The notes under the pieces are model-generated. The model was given only the letters and a program-made list of their open reading frames with translations. It searched no databases and was not told the DNA's origin. Shown piece after piece: positions 38,533 to 49,079 of a DNA stretch of 64,000 nt (position 1 is its first letter; each line of letters starts with the position of its first letter). The DNA comes from Candidatus Hadarchaeota archaeon. Lineage in GTDB: Archaea; Hadarchaeota; Hadarchaeia; Hadarchaeales; JAGGTB01. Location of the stretch: contig CAYLJV010000003.1 in assembly GCA_964384105.1 (NCBI GenBank), positions 96,001 to 160,000 of the forward strand, read 5' to 3'. The translations under genes were made by a program, and so were the position numbers.

Positions 38533-39846
38533 ATGGGTGGCGTTTGTGGAGTATACTTACCCGGAAAAGAATGCTACGATTTTTTACTCCAATCCACCTT
38601 CCACTTACAGCATAGGGGAACTCAATCCTCTGCTATCGATACGTCGGAAGCGGACCCTGAATCGAGAAAGATAAGGGCCGGAGAAATAAAGAAGGTTTTT
38701 GATGGCAAAGAAAAGGATAGTTTTAAGGGAGACCACGGTATAGCGGGCTTGTCTGGAGACAAGGCTGAACTCATCAGGCTGTCTTTTTCCGATGGAGATT
38801 TTTCCCTCATTTTTGATGGAGAGATAACTAATTCGAAGGAGCTTAGGGAGGGATTGAAAAGCCAGGGTGAAGCTTTCTCCACTAACTATGAGTCCGAGAT
38901 TCTGGGTAGACTTATTTCTAAGGGGGATAATGTGGTCGAAGGTCTCAAGCTCATGGGGGATGAAATCGAAGGTTCGTGCTCGTTGGTTCTTCTGACTGAT
39001 GAAAAATTATATGCATTCAGAAGCGCTCGAATTAGCCCGCCTCTCGTCGTCGGAGGAAATGAGGATGGATATGCGCTGGCTTCCGAATCACCGGCCTTGA
39101 CGGAGATGGGATTTGAGGACTTTCGTGATGTAGAACCTGGAGAAATTTTGAAGATTGACGAGGGGGGTGTGGAACAAGTGGGCAGACTAAGTTCTAAGAA
39201 TCATAAATATTGTGCCTTTGAATGGATGTACACTGCGAGACCTGATTCTATAATTGAAGGGGTGGAGTCAGAGAAGGTGAGAAAAAGAGCGGGAGAGCTA
39301 CTTAGCGAAAATGATGGGATTGAAGCGGATATAGTAGCACCTGTACCTCAATCAGGAATAGGCTATTCCATAGGCTATCATCATAAAAGCGGCATTCCCT
39401 ATGATGACGTGTTCTATCTAAATCGGTATTCTTCTCGGAGTTATATTCCCACTGACCCAAAGTTGAGAGAACAAATTGCGAGCGAAAAACTTTCTATAGT
39501 TCATGAGAGTATTCGGGGGAACAAGATAATCATTTGTGAAGATTCCATAGTAAGAGGGAACCAAATGTTGAGAATAAGGAACTCGTTGAAAAAGAAAGGT
39601 AAGGCTAAGGAGGTTCATGCGAGAGTTGGTTCACCTCCAATCAATGCACCCTGTTCCTATACCGATACTACGAAGCAAGAAGAAGAACTGATTTACAATC
39701 GATTCGATGGTGATGTAGATAAAATTTCGAAAAAATTGAACTTGGATTCTCTAAGATATAATACTGTGAACGACATGGTTGAAGCTATCGGCCTTCCCAA
39801 GGAAAAACTATGTCTTGGTTGTTTTGCTCACGACTATACGGGATGA
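38533..39846 (+). CDS. purF: Amidophosphoribosyltransferase-like protein
   Basis: LQHRG, CAFEWMYTARPDS, EDSIVRG, CLGCF; no N-terminal Cys. Confidence 0.85.
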   Translation: MGGVCGVYLPGKECYDFLLQSTFHLQHRGTQSSAIDTSEADPESRKIRAGEIKKVFDGKEKDSFKGDHGIAGLSGDKAELIRLSFSDGDFSLIFDGEITNSKELREGLKSQGEAFSTNYESEILGRLISKGDNVVEGLKLMGDEIEGSCSLVLLTDEKLYAFRSARISPPLVVGGNEDGYALASESPALTEMGFEDFRDVEPGEILKIDEGGVEQVGRLSSKNHKYCAFEWMYTARPDSIIEGVESEKVRKRAGELLSENDGIEADIVAPVPQSGIGYSIGYHHKSGIPYDDVFYLNRYSSRSYIPTDPKLREQIASEKLSIVHESIRGNKIIICEDSIVRGNQMLRIRNSLKKKGKAKEVHARVGSPPINAPCSYTDTTKQEEELIYNRFDGDVDKISKKLNLDSLRYNTVNDMVEAIGLPKEKLCLGCFAHDYTG

Positions 39847-40155
39847 AAAATATGGATCTCGTTTTCTGATTTTTGTTCCTGTACCATACCCTCCTGTTCA
39901 TAGCTCTTCAGCAAAACTTCATCTGGGTCTAGAGGGGGCTTATTCAAGCTGTTTAAACAGTAGTAGTGTTTTAGGATCGGTATCGAAATTTTCTGTACAG
40001 ATTATATTCTCTCGAATATTCATAGTCTTCAAAATGCTTTACCTAAAAAAGTATATTTAGAAAGTCTTTATTGTATTCTTAGTGCCTTTAAATGCTTTAA
40101 AACAAGATTAAAGAAATTAAATAACTATATATCGCATTAAGGCGATATTATTGCG

Positions 40156-40632
40156 ATGATTAATGAAACAAGTGAGAAAGTAACTGGGGTAATACCAGCA
40201 CTAAGTACGGGTTGGCTTGGACGTCAGTCTTATAGTCTTATTGTAACCGACCACCGACTCATCTTTGCTAAATACTCTAGCGAATTAATGAAGCAAGAAC
40301 GAGAAAAAGCAGTAGCTGGGTTAGACGATAAAGGGTTTTTTGGTAGATGGAAAGCATCCGTATCTTCCGGATTTAACTTTCACGAAAGATATTACGAAAT
40401 GGATCCAGAGACAATACTGAAAGAAGATGAAGATAACTACGAAATTACCCCTGAAGAAATAGAGTCCGTTAAAACGAAATCAGGGAATTGGGACCTGGAA
40501 CACAGTAAAAGCCAAGCAAATGAGATGACAATCAAATGGTCTGGGGGTAAAGAAAAATTCAAATTCCACCAGATGAACCCGAAACAAGTTAAAGGAGTCT
40601 TAAAACCATTGCTAGGAACAAGACTCGATTAA
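40156..40632 (+). CDS. Hypothetical protein (PH-like fold possible)
   Basis: LIVTDHRLIF motif. Confidence 0.65.
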   Translation: MINETSEKVTGVIPALSTGWLGRQSYSLIVTDHRLIFAKYSSELMKQEREKAVAGLDDKGFFGRWKASVSSGFNFHERYYEMDPETILKEDEDNYEITPEEIESVKTKSGNWDLEHSKSQANEMTIKWSGGKEKFKFHQMNPKQVKGVLKPLLGTRLD

Positions 40633-40856
40633 GTTAAAATTCTCATTAATAAATCCGGGAAGCGAACAATTATGCCCCGTTTTCCGGATTGTGGTGTTCA
40701 AATAGAAAAGAAACAAATTTTAGGAAACTCGATCGAATTAAACTGTTAGTCTGATTTTTTCTGACTGTCAAAATATATTTTTCGAGAAAGCTTCGAGATT
40801 CAAATCAAGCCCATTTTTATCATATGATTTACATGTGAAGATTGTTGTTTTGAAGT

Positions 40857-41234
40857 GTGGTTACCGTGATAAAAGAATCTAATTCGGGAGCACAAGGTGT
40901 TGGTTTTGGAATAGTTTTTGGCGCTGGTTTTGGTCTATTATTGGCCGTAATCACTGGAATAGAAATTAGCATTGGTCTGACGATGGGTGTCAGTGGAGGG
41001 ATTATAGTAGGTGGGATTACCGATCTGAGTTTGAAGAGGGATTGGTTTGTAAATAATAAGATGGTTGTGGTCTTTGGTCTTGGGTGGGGAACTTTAGTCG
41101 GAATGTTATTAGGGCTACTTACGGCATGGGTTCATGAATTCCCGTATACTGATGGTTTTAGTACAGGTTCTTTAGCTGGTCTGATCAGTGGAACGCTTAT
41201 TGGTGCAGTGATTTATATTTCAAAAACTGATTAA
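40857..41234 (+). CDS. Glycine-rich membrane protein
   Basis: GxxxG-rich TM segments. Confidence 0.65.
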   Translation: MVTVIKESNSGAQGVGFGIVFGAGFGLLLAVITGIEISIGLTMGVSGGIIVGGITDLSLKRDWFVNNKMVVVFGLGWGTLVGMLLGLLTAWVHEFPYTDGFSTGSLAGLISGTLIGAVIYISKTD

Positions 41235-41349
41235 GTCGGACTCAAAAAGGTGTTTTTTTTCAGATTTAATCAGGTTTATACCAATTCTAGATGTGAAAGA
41301 ATTGGATCGATTATATCCCCTTGGAGTGAGGAAAATCCTTTAACGATTA

Positions 41350-41733
41350 TTATCGATTAGAGCTTAATTTTCTCCTACAATATCCTTCGGGTCTGCAAGA
41401 ACTGGGCCTGTTGATTAGATCCCTTTTGGCTTTTTCTTTGTCTACTTCTGCCCGGGCGACTTCATCCGGCAGATACTTTAAGGTTGGAACTTTTTCGATT
41501 GGGGTCTTATGGTTTTCTAAATATCCTGCTAACTTATCATGCCTTTCTTTCAGAGATTTCAATTCAATTAGACCGAATTTTGCGAGAGTAGCGAGATTCT
41601 TTCTGTGTTTTTCCGAGTTTTCATATTTTGGTTTCGTCCTTTCTAGCGATCCTAGCAAAGCATGTAATTCTCTATGCTCTCCTAGAATATGTTGCACACA
41701 CATCAATTCTGGATCGATCATCCACATTCTCAT
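41350..41733 (-). CDS. Pyrimidine-dimer DNA glycosylase (T4 DenV-like) family protein
   Basis: MRMWMIDP..LMC..HILGEHRELH..RHD.L. Confidence 0.7.
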   Translation of the reverse strand: MRMWMIDPELMCVQHILGEHRELHALLGSLERTKPKYENSEKHRKNLATLAKFGLIELKSLKERHDKLAGYLENHKTPIEKVPTLKYLPDEVARAEVDKEKAKRDLINRPSSCRPEGYCRRKLSSNR

Positions 41734-41908
41734 GTTTCTCGTTACCCGGTTTAACAAAGCTTGTTCTATGATTAATCTTTCTCTATCGAAATCAAATTTA
41801 GATGTCTGTTCTACTTCCAAAGAGAATAATTTCTACTATATCATTGAGCATGTTAGTAAACTATCGAAATTGTTTACAGTTAGTATATTCAATAAACTTT
41901 GAGAAACT

Positions 41909-42370
41909 ATGCGGATTCTAAGCAAGAACCTCAGAGAGAAATGGAAAAATTACGTGTGGCAAAGTGCAGGAGCTGGAGTGTCTATCCTCATCCTTCTACT
42001 TGTTTTCATTTACAGTCCTATTCAGCTTGTTCTTGTTGCTGCGGCGGGTTCAACGGCGTTCACTGTTTTTGCACTTCCCCACAACCGAACGGCTAAATTA
42101 AGAAACGTGTTTTGGGGTCACGGAATTTGCGTTGGTGTGGGCTTGGCTTGTTCATATCTTTCTTCGATCTGGCTTGCTGGTGGTCTTGCCGTGAGTATAG
42201 GTTCCTTCTTGATGGTCGTTGTCGATGCGGAGCATCCTCCGGCGGCGGGAACAGCTTTGGGATTGGTAGCTTCGCCTACTCTACCGGGTGCTTTTTTCGT
42301 TTTGTCATCGGCCGTTATCTTTTCTATTATAAGAAGAGTCTTGATGCCTTGGCTCAAGGATCTGTACTAG
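41909..42370 (+). CDS. HPP family membrane protein
   Basis: EHPPAAGTAL. Confidence 0.9.
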   Translation: MRILSKNLREKWKNYVWQSAGAGVSILILLLVFIYSPIQLVLVAAAGSTAFTVFALPHNRTAKLRNVFWGHGICVGVGLACSYLSSIWLAGGLAVSIGSFLMVVVDAEHPPAAGTALGLVASPTLPGAFFVLSSAVIFSIIRRVLMPWLKDLY

Positions 42371-42526
42371 TCTTAGGAAAATTCCGTAAAAGCTATGATT
42401 TGCAGGTTTATCTTCTGATTATATTTTTGATTTTTCTCATTGTGATTATTCTTATGATCGAGACTTCAAATCAGAAATGTGGGCTAGTAGTAAAATATTT
42501 CAGTTAACTTGTGTAAATGGTATTAG

Positions 42527-42850
42527 GTGATGATTTTGATAGTTGTTAATACTGATTTTGTTCCCGGAAAGAAAATTAAAGAGTCACTTGGATTGGTGCG
42601 TGGAAATACAATCCGTGCTAAGGGACTCGGAAGTGATATTAAAGCTAGCTTCAGAAACTTAGCCGGGGGAAAAATCGATGAGTATGTCGATATGCTTTCT
42701 GAATCTAGGGAGGAAGCACTAAACGAGATGGTCGAGAAGGCTGAGGAGATGGGGGCAGATGCTGTGATAAATGTAAGATTTATGACCAGTTCTGTGATGG
42801 GCAGTGCCGCGGAGATATTATCATATGGAACGGCTGTAAAGTTTGAGTGA
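42527..42850 (+). CDS. YbjQ/UPF0145 family protein
   Basis: LGLVRGNT..GADAVINVRF..YGTAVK. Confidence 0.92.
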   Translation: MMILIVVNTDFVPGKKIKESLGLVRGNTIRAKGLGSDIKASFRNLAGGKIDEYVDMLSESREEALNEMVEKAEEMGADAVINVRFMTSSVMGSAAEILSYGTAVKFE

Positions 42851-43058
42851 TAAAATGAACTTGTGGCACATAGGCTTTGCTCTTTTGGTAATAGGTGTTG
42901 GGATACCGGTTGTGTATAGCTTGTACAAGTTTGTTCTCGCCTCTATCCCTTGGTATGGAAGGTTGTCGATTATTTGTGTGGTAGTTGGTTGCATAGTTCT
43001 CCTGGCGGCTGCAGCGAAAGATCGAATGCAGGCTCCTTCACCTGAAGAAAAATATTAG
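42843..43058 (+). CDS. Small 2-TM protein
   Basis: Overlaps ybjQ stop; two TM segments. Confidence 0.65.
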   Translation: MSDKMNLWHIGFALLVIGVGIPVVYSLYKFVLASIPWYGRLSIICVVVGCIVLLAAAAKDRMQAPSPEEKY

Positions 43059-43140
43059 TCTTGTTCTTGACTTTGGGCTTTATCATTTATTTTAAGATTT
43101 TTCTTTAATTTATGAACTTTAGTTGAATCTTTATAGACTT

Positions 43141-43158
43141 TGTTTCGTAGACGCTACA
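43141..43158. promoter_or_regulatory. Palindromic operator TGTTTCG-N4-CGCTACA
   Basis: Repeated motif immediately before AAGTTTAT. Confidence 0.55.
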
Positions 43159-43398
43159 AAGTTTATCATATAATTATAGCTAAAATGCCTCTGAGGTGAA
43201 TCATCCTTGGATATAACGGCGTTCGGTTTGTTTCCGTTATAGGTTTTGTTTAATTGAGGTTGAAAATATGATTTGGACTTTTGAAGAATATTTGGAAAAG
43301 TTAGGTAAGTAAAAAACTTGAATTTTTATTTTTATCTTTTTTAATTTCTATATATTGAATATTTTTTCATTTGTCCTACGTTATTCAGTTAAGTATTA

Positions 43399-43416
43399 TG
43401 TTTCGTAGTTGAAACA
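43399..43416. promoter_or_regulatory. Palindromic operator TGTTTCG-N4-TGAAACA
   Basis: Repeated motif upstream of gene at 43464. Confidence 0.6.
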
Positions 43417-43463
43417 AAGTTCTAATAGAATTTAACCAGATAATAAATCAAATTCAAAGAGAG

Positions 43464-43886
43464 GTGAAAATAATGAAAACAAAATTTGTTGTAGCTCTTG
43501 CGTTAGGTTTAGCAATAACATTGGTAGCTGGTGCTTCTTTGTTTTCCTATGCAGACAGCAATCCTGATTCCAATACTCTTACCGAAGGCGAAGCCAGGGA
43601 TATGGCGGAACAGTTTGTAGAGAACTCCCTGACCTATCAATTCGATGGTTCCAATCTTGAATACAAGGAGACACTTTATCCTGATGTAGTGGATTGTTCA
43701 GACTGTTGGACCTTCGTGTTTGAGTTTGAATCGGCACATGGAGGTTACAGTGATAGGACCGAAGAAATGGTAACTCAGGTTATAACACCTCATGAAGCCC
43801 ATGTCACGATTGAGGATGGAGAGATTGTCTCAGCAGTTCTCGATTTGAAATGGGACATGATAAACCAAAAAATGATCGAGGAGTAA
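43464..43886 (+). CDS. Secreted hypothetical protein
   Basis: Signal peptide; TYQFDG, HGGY, QVITPH motifs. Confidence 0.75.
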   Translation: MKIMKTKFVVALALGLAITLVAGASLFSYADSNPDSNTLTEGEARDMAEQFVENSLTYQFDGSNLEYKETLYPDVVDCSDCWTFVFEFESAHGGYSDRTEEMVTQVITPHEAHVTIEDGEIVSAVLDLKWDMINQKMIEE

Positions 43887-44047
43887 CTGTGGATGAAAGT
43901 GAATTTTTTTATTTTTAATTTTTTAATTACTTAATGGAATTGAAAGTATATTTGAATGTAGTGTGTTTAGTGATATAGAAGAGGAAGATTACAGAAAGAT
44001 TATTTTGAGAATTGGATAATAGAATCTCTTGGATATTATAAACAAAT

Positions 44048-45802
44048 TTATCTTCTTTTAAGAGCTTCCGGTATCATCTTGAGCTTTTGCAAGATTGAGG
44101 GTTTAACACCCCAAGCTCGGACCATTGCTTCTGCTCTGGCATCGAAGGAAGGTGCCTCTTCGGGATCTATCAAAACGTCTAAAACCGTTGGTTTTCCGTT
44201 TTCTAGGGCTTCTTTAGTTACACTTTCTATCTCCTCGGGTTTTTCTATTCTTAATCCTACTGCACCCATCGATTCTGCTAGCTTAACAAAATCGGGATTT
44301 ACAAAGTCGGTGGATATTCGCCTACCGTTGAATAGTATGTCCTGAGTGTCTCTTATCATTCCGAGTGTACTGTTATTCATTATGAACCATTTGACTGGTA
44401 TTGCGTAGTTTACAGCAGTGATGACTTCCATACCCTGCATCTGAAAACCACCGTCCCCACATACACATATTACATCTTTATCTGGAGCAGCGAGCTGACC
44501 ACCTATTGATGCCGCTACTCCGTAACCCATAGAAGCTAAGCTGGAAGAAATGAAGTAGGTGTCGGGTTCATTGACTTGGAAAAAACTTTCTATCCAAGCA
44601 AGATTGTTTCCGATATCACTGAAAACAATTGTATCTTCCGGAAGTGCTTCTCTGAGGGATTTCATAAATCTTTGAGGTTTAATTGGGATATCTTTGGAGT
44701 CCATCTCGGGGTCTGAGTAGTATTCTCTTTTCTTTTTCTCTGATGATATATATTCTGAGTCTCCCAAGTTCTTCTTTCCCTGTTTTTTCATTTCTTCAAG
44801 AAGCTGTTCCATCACTATTTTGGAGTCGCCTATTATCCCCACAGTTGTATCATAATTCTTTCCGATTTCCCATTCATCGATGTCTATTTGTATTAGGGCC
44901 TTATTGGGTTGAAATTTGGGGTCCCAGGTGTGAGTCGTGAATTCGCTGAAGCTGGTTCCCAAGGATAGCAAGACATCTATGCGGTCTCTCAAAACTTTGT
45001 TTGCAACGTTGGTTCCATAGAGACCCACACATCCTAGGCTCAGTTCGTGATTCTCTGGGAGGATGCCCTTTCCCCTAAGCGTGGTTGCTACAGGAATGTT
45101 GAATGTCTCGGCCAGCTCGATTATCTGACTGCTGGCCTCCAGAGCCCCTGCACCGGCTAGTATGGCTGGATTTTTGGATGATAGAATCAACGTTGCTGCT
45201 TTTTCTATATTTTCTTTTGTTCCCGCTATAGGTATTCTTTCTATCTTGCTTATTCTGGATTCCTCTATTTCGACTTCTGTGGCAAAGGAATCCGCTGTGA
45301 TATCTAGATGAGCTGGACCGGGTCTCCCATTAAGGCTGTGTCTAAGGGCATTACGGAAGGATTGCAATAGCTTGTCGCTTCTCGTTACTAGAGTGGAATA
45401 TTTTGTGATACCTTCAAAGATTTCTACGTGGTTTGGCGTCCTCCCTTCTCCAGTTGCTTCTTGCAAGCCGCCCTTTCCTATAGAGCTTGAACCTACTTGA
45501 GCGGTCAGGACGAGAAGAGGGGTTGAGTCCATAAAGGCTGATGCAACGCCGGTTATTAGATTCGTAGCTCCAGGTCCTACTGTTCCGGCACAGACTCCTA
45601 ATTTTTTACTTACCTGAGCGTATCCTGTGGCCATGAAACTCGCTCCGGCTTCGTGTTTTGTTAATATTGGTGTTATCGCTGAGCTGTCTATTAGAGAATT
45701 ATAGAACTTCAGGAGGTGACCTCCGGGGACGCCAAATATGTAATTTACACCGTTAGTTTCGAGAAGTTTAACTAAAAGTTCAGAACCAGAAGCTTTCATC
45801 AA
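44048..45802 (-). CDS. TPP-dependent enzyme, acetolactate synthase large subunit-like
   Basis: FGVPGG, HEAGA, GPGATN, GDGGF..NN. Confidence 0.9.
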   Translation of the reverse strand: MMKASGSELLVKLLETNGVNYIFGVPGGHLLKFYNSLIDSSAITPILTKHEAGASFMATGYAQVSKKLGVCAGTVGPGATNLITGVASAFMDSTPLLVLTAQVGSSSIGKGGLQEATGEGRTPNHVEIFEGITKYSTLVTRSDKLLQSFRNALRHSLNGRPGPAHLDITADSFATEVEIEESRISKIERIPIAGTKENIEKAATLILSSKNPAILAGAGALEASSQIIELAETFNIPVATTLRGKGILPENHELSLGCVGLYGTNVANKVLRDRIDVLLSLGTSFSEFTTHTWDPKFQPNKALIQIDIDEWEIGKNYDTTVGIIGDSKIVMEQLLEEMKKQGKKNLGDSEYISSEKKKREYYSDPEMDSKDIPIKPQRFMKSLREALPEDTIVFSDIGNNLAWIESFFQVNEPDTYFISSSLASMGYGVAASIGGQLAAPDKDVICVCGDGGFQMQGMEVITAVNYAIPVKWFIMNNSTLGMIRDTQDILFNGRRISTDFVNPDFVKLAESMGAVGLRIEKPEEIESVTKEALENGKPTVLDVLIDPEEAPSFDARAEAMVRAWGVKPSILQKLKMIPEALKRR

Positions 45803-46126
45803 TATTAATATCCTATAACATCTATTTTATTCTTTCTTTTCTCTGTGGACCTTAAATATTATTTTTTTGCCTCTATTACTCTTTTCCATTGAAAAAATAC
45901 TTCTTTTGGCTTTTTTCTTTATTAAAAAATTTTTAAATCATAAAAAATTCAATTTCAAAATCATTACCTAGATTAATGATAAGAGGGTTCCAATAATTAG
46001 TTTTTATTACTGAAAATAGATATACTAAGTTCTAATTCACTATTTAAAAATTAGAATTTCCTTTTTTCAGTTGCAAAGCTTCAAATAAAAGAAGAAAGTT
46101 AAAATTTATAGTAATATTCGTAGGGA

Positions 46127-46408
46127 ATGTTTATGGTTTCTGATGGAGAGCTAAGGAAAAAGGCCAAAAAGATAGCTAAGGCAAAATCGGAATTTTATAC
46201 TCATCTGGGGATTTATGTTGCAGTAAATATTTTCCTAATTGCTATGTGGTACGTTACTATTGGTCCCGGTGGTTTTCCTTGGTTTGTTTTCCCATTGTTT
46301 GGGTGGGGGATTGGTGTTACAGGGCATGCCTTTGATACATTTTATGGCAAGAGCTACATTGAAAAAAAGACTGAAGAAGAGTTTGAGAAGCTAAAAAAAA
46401 GTAATTGA
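46127..46408 (+). CDS. 2TM domain protein
   Basis: FYTHL..Y..VN..W..FP..GWGIG..H. Confidence 0.85.
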   Translation: MFMVSDGELRKKAKKIAKAKSEFYTHLGIYVAVNIFLIAMWYVTIGPGGFPWFVFPLFGWGIGVTGHAFDTFYGKSYIEKKTEEEFEKLKKSN

Positions 46409-46533
46409 GGCTTTTTGTTATAGTCATCTATTTCTTCTCAGGTTTATTGAATATCTTTGAATTTAAGAAAGAACAGTGGACCGTACTACTAGTTAGCTAG
46501 TCTTTTAACTAATTTTTTACTCGGTTTATTACA

Positions 46534-46728
46534 ATGGCTAACAGTATTGAAGAGAGTAATAGATTAATGGTATACTATTCATTGTGGATATTTGGGTGGC
46601 TTATACTAATCGTTAATGGAATTGGCTATTTCGCAGGAAATTCAATATTTCCGTTCAGTTCCTCTACCATTGGTCTAGGCTTGCTTGCAACTGGCTATAT
46701 GTTAGGGAGAAGGAACACGAAGAAGTAG
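46534..46728 (+). CDS. Small membrane protein
   Basis: Two TM segments. Confidence 0.5.
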   Translation: MANSIEESNRLMVYYSLWIFGWLILIVNGIGYFAGNSIFPFSSSTIGLGLLATGYMLGRRNTKK

Positions 46729-47100
46729 TTGAATAAATTTATGAGCATGCGTAAGACAGCGCTTTTTAATTCTCCGATCTTAGCTATTCTTTGTGTGCGT
46801 GCCAGTATTTCTCTTTTCGTGGATCATAGATAATGCTACAGCTTCTGCAATAATATAACCCTAAGGTTTCCCAACTGACCATATTTTTTCCGCATTCTAT
46901 ACAATCTGGAGATTCCATTTGATTGTCTCTTTATGTCTGGTTAGAAAGCAGAATAGAGAATTTAATTTTTTAAATTTCTAAGAAACTTCCCCTAGTTACT
47001 TTTGTGGATATTAAAGTAAAAAGATATTCCAGACAGATATTTTTCAAATTCTTTTAGCTCTTTATAATCTCTAATTAGTTACTTTGATGAATAAACGAAC

Positions 47101-47586
47101 TTAGGGCGATTTTCCATTTTTGAATCCGCTAATCTTCTTGACTTCTGTCAATTTAAAAACGAAGTTTCTTTCTTTTTCTACTAATGCCTCTAACGGTTCA
47201 TCTCTTGAGTGTCCCAATGCAATTAGTATATTTTTGGATAGTCCTTTTTCCTCCATCATCTTTACAAAAATCTTACGAATTTTTTTCTTTACTTCCTCTT
47301 CTTCGATTTTGATGAGTCTACCAGAAAGGGTGACAAACTTATAATCAGAAAGGTCCTTTTTGTAAGATTCTATTTCCACAGTCACGAGAGGGTTTTCTTT
47401 TAGATAATGGAGTTTTTTTCCATATTTCGTCACTAATATATAAATGTGGGAGCCATCGAACGTGTAGAGAAATGGCTTAATTTGAGGGTATTTTTCACCT
47501 TGGTATGAGACTCGGCATATGTACTGATTCTTTATTAAGTCATCGTATTCACTTTTATTAAGAAAAGGTAGTTTTTCAATCTTCAT
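47101..47586 (-). CDS. Pyridoxamine 5'-phosphate oxidase-like flavin-binding protein
   Basis: CRVS..YP..PF.Y..YGKK..NP.V.VEI. Confidence 0.8.
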   Translation of the reverse strand: MKIEKLPFLNKSEYDDLIKNQYICRVSYQGEKYPQIKPFLYTFDGSHIYILVTKYGKKLHYLKENPLVTVEIESYKKDLSDYKFVTLSGRLIKIEEEEVKKKIRKIFVKMMEEKGLSKNILIALGHSRDEPLEALVEKERNFVFKLTEVKKISGFKNGKSP

Positions 47587-47654
47587 ATTTATTTTTACGA
47601 ACCCTTCCTTTAATAAAACTGTTTTTTTGTTGATAAGCGTCAGTATTTTATCTT

Positions 47655-48704
47655 TTGTTGGATAAGGTAGACTTGGGGGGTATATTGAAGTCTTTTACTT
47701 GGGTAGCTTTTCTTTTTTTAGCTATTACGATGGTCTTTATTGTTCCCCTCTGTTCAGCTCATGTTCCAAAAGAAATAGAGACGAATGAGAATTTTGAGAC
47801 TGCATTTCATATCGAGGACCCTACTAAGTCTTGGGTGATATACTCCGAAATTCACGAGGGAGGGGAGGGAAATTACTACAAGCTAGAATTGGATAAAGGT
47901 CAGATACTTCGATTGAGCCTTTTTATCCCAAATAAGGATAATTTTTTACCTGTCTTGGTAGTGGCTGGGCCCAGTTTAGAATCGAACGATACTTTGCCGG
48001 AAGCCGTTAAAATCCCGGAGGATATGGGATATGTGGTTTTAGAAGGAAAACTGAAGGAACCAGAATTTGAGCCATTTACACCGGCTAGTTATTACTATCT
48101 GGTGGATTATGAGGAAGAAGTAGATCATGCAGCAACTTACTACGTTGCTGTTTTTGAACCAGATTCCGGGGGAAAATATGGTTTGGCTGTCGGGAAAGAG
48201 GAGAGATACAGTGTACTTGAATGGATTAGGATTCCTATTGATGTAATTAATATACGTCAATGGGAAGGAAAGTCGCTTTTACTTTTATTTTCACCGCTTA
48301 TTCTGACATTAGTTGGTGGTGTTTTATTTTTTGTAAAAAAAATCGACCATGACTCACCTAAAGCAATTATAAAGTGGCTGGTTATTTTTTCAGGACTCTT
48401 ATATCTTGGAAGTGGATTTACGAAATTTACAGAATTGGGCTTTTCTATAAACAATGTCAACCCTGGCCCTTTGGTAATTATAACGATTATTTTCTCTTCG
48501 CTTCCAATAATCTTAGGAATTTTTACTATCCGTCTTGGTGTAAAAATGGAAAGAGATACTAAAATTAGAGATAGGGTCAGATTAGCTATTTATGGAATCT
48601 TAGCCCTTTTCTTGTGGGCAGGTTTAATTTTTGGGTCGATAATAATATTTCTTGCAAGTATTTTACCCTCGGACTTGAGAAAAAATAAGAAAGAAAATAA
48701 CTAG
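47655..48704 (+). CDS. Membrane protein with extracellular domain
   Basis: Signal peptide ending AHVP, FEPFTP, four C-terminal TMs. Confidence 0.75.
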   Translation: MLDKVDLGGILKSFTWVAFLFLAITMVFIVPLCSAHVPKEIETNENFETAFHIEDPTKSWVIYSEIHEGGEGNYYKLELDKGQILRLSLFIPNKDNFLPVLVVAGPSLESNDTLPEAVKIPEDMGYVVLEGKLKEPEFEPFTPASYYYLVDYEEEVDHAATYYVAVFEPDSGGKYGLAVGKEERYSVLEWIRIPIDVINIRQWEGKSLLLLFSPLILTLVGGVLFFVKKIDHDSPKAIIKWLVIFSGLLYLGSGFTKFTELGFSINNVNPGPLVIITIIFSSLPIILGIFTIRLGVKMERDTKIRDRVRLAIYGILALFLWAGLIFGSIIIFLASILPSDLRKNKKENN

Positions 48705-48730
48705 TTTTTATTTCCGATTTTTAAAGACTC

Positions 48731-48835
48731 TTACTTCTTTACTGTTAATTCTGCTCCACAGATAGAACAAGTTCCTTTTTCAGTAATGGTGGGCAATTTG
48801 TCTACTTTTTTCCCACAGACACCACATTTTGGCAT
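48731..48835 (-). CDS. 34-aa C4 zinc-ribbon microprotein (MPKCGVCGKKVDKLPTITEKGTCSICGAELTVKK), not in ORF track
   Basis: GGGGTGA SD; two CxxCG motifs. Confidence 0.75.
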   Translation of the reverse strand: MPKCGVCGKKVDKLPTITEKGTCSICGAELTVKK

Positions 48836-49079
48836 TTTTATTTTCACCCCCTCAATATTTACCTATCCCCCTACAGAGAGATTTTTACAAATAGGTAATC
48901 CCAATATAATTTTCTAACAAGATTCTTAAAAAATAGTACTTAACTCGGTTCTGTTTATTGTTCAAATTCTTTGTTTTTTAGAAAAATCATTTCTGTCAGA
49001 TTTGCCTTTTTAAAAGAATTTATCTGCTGATACCTCACGATTATCAATTTTCACAGATAATACGTTGAATTTCTAATAA

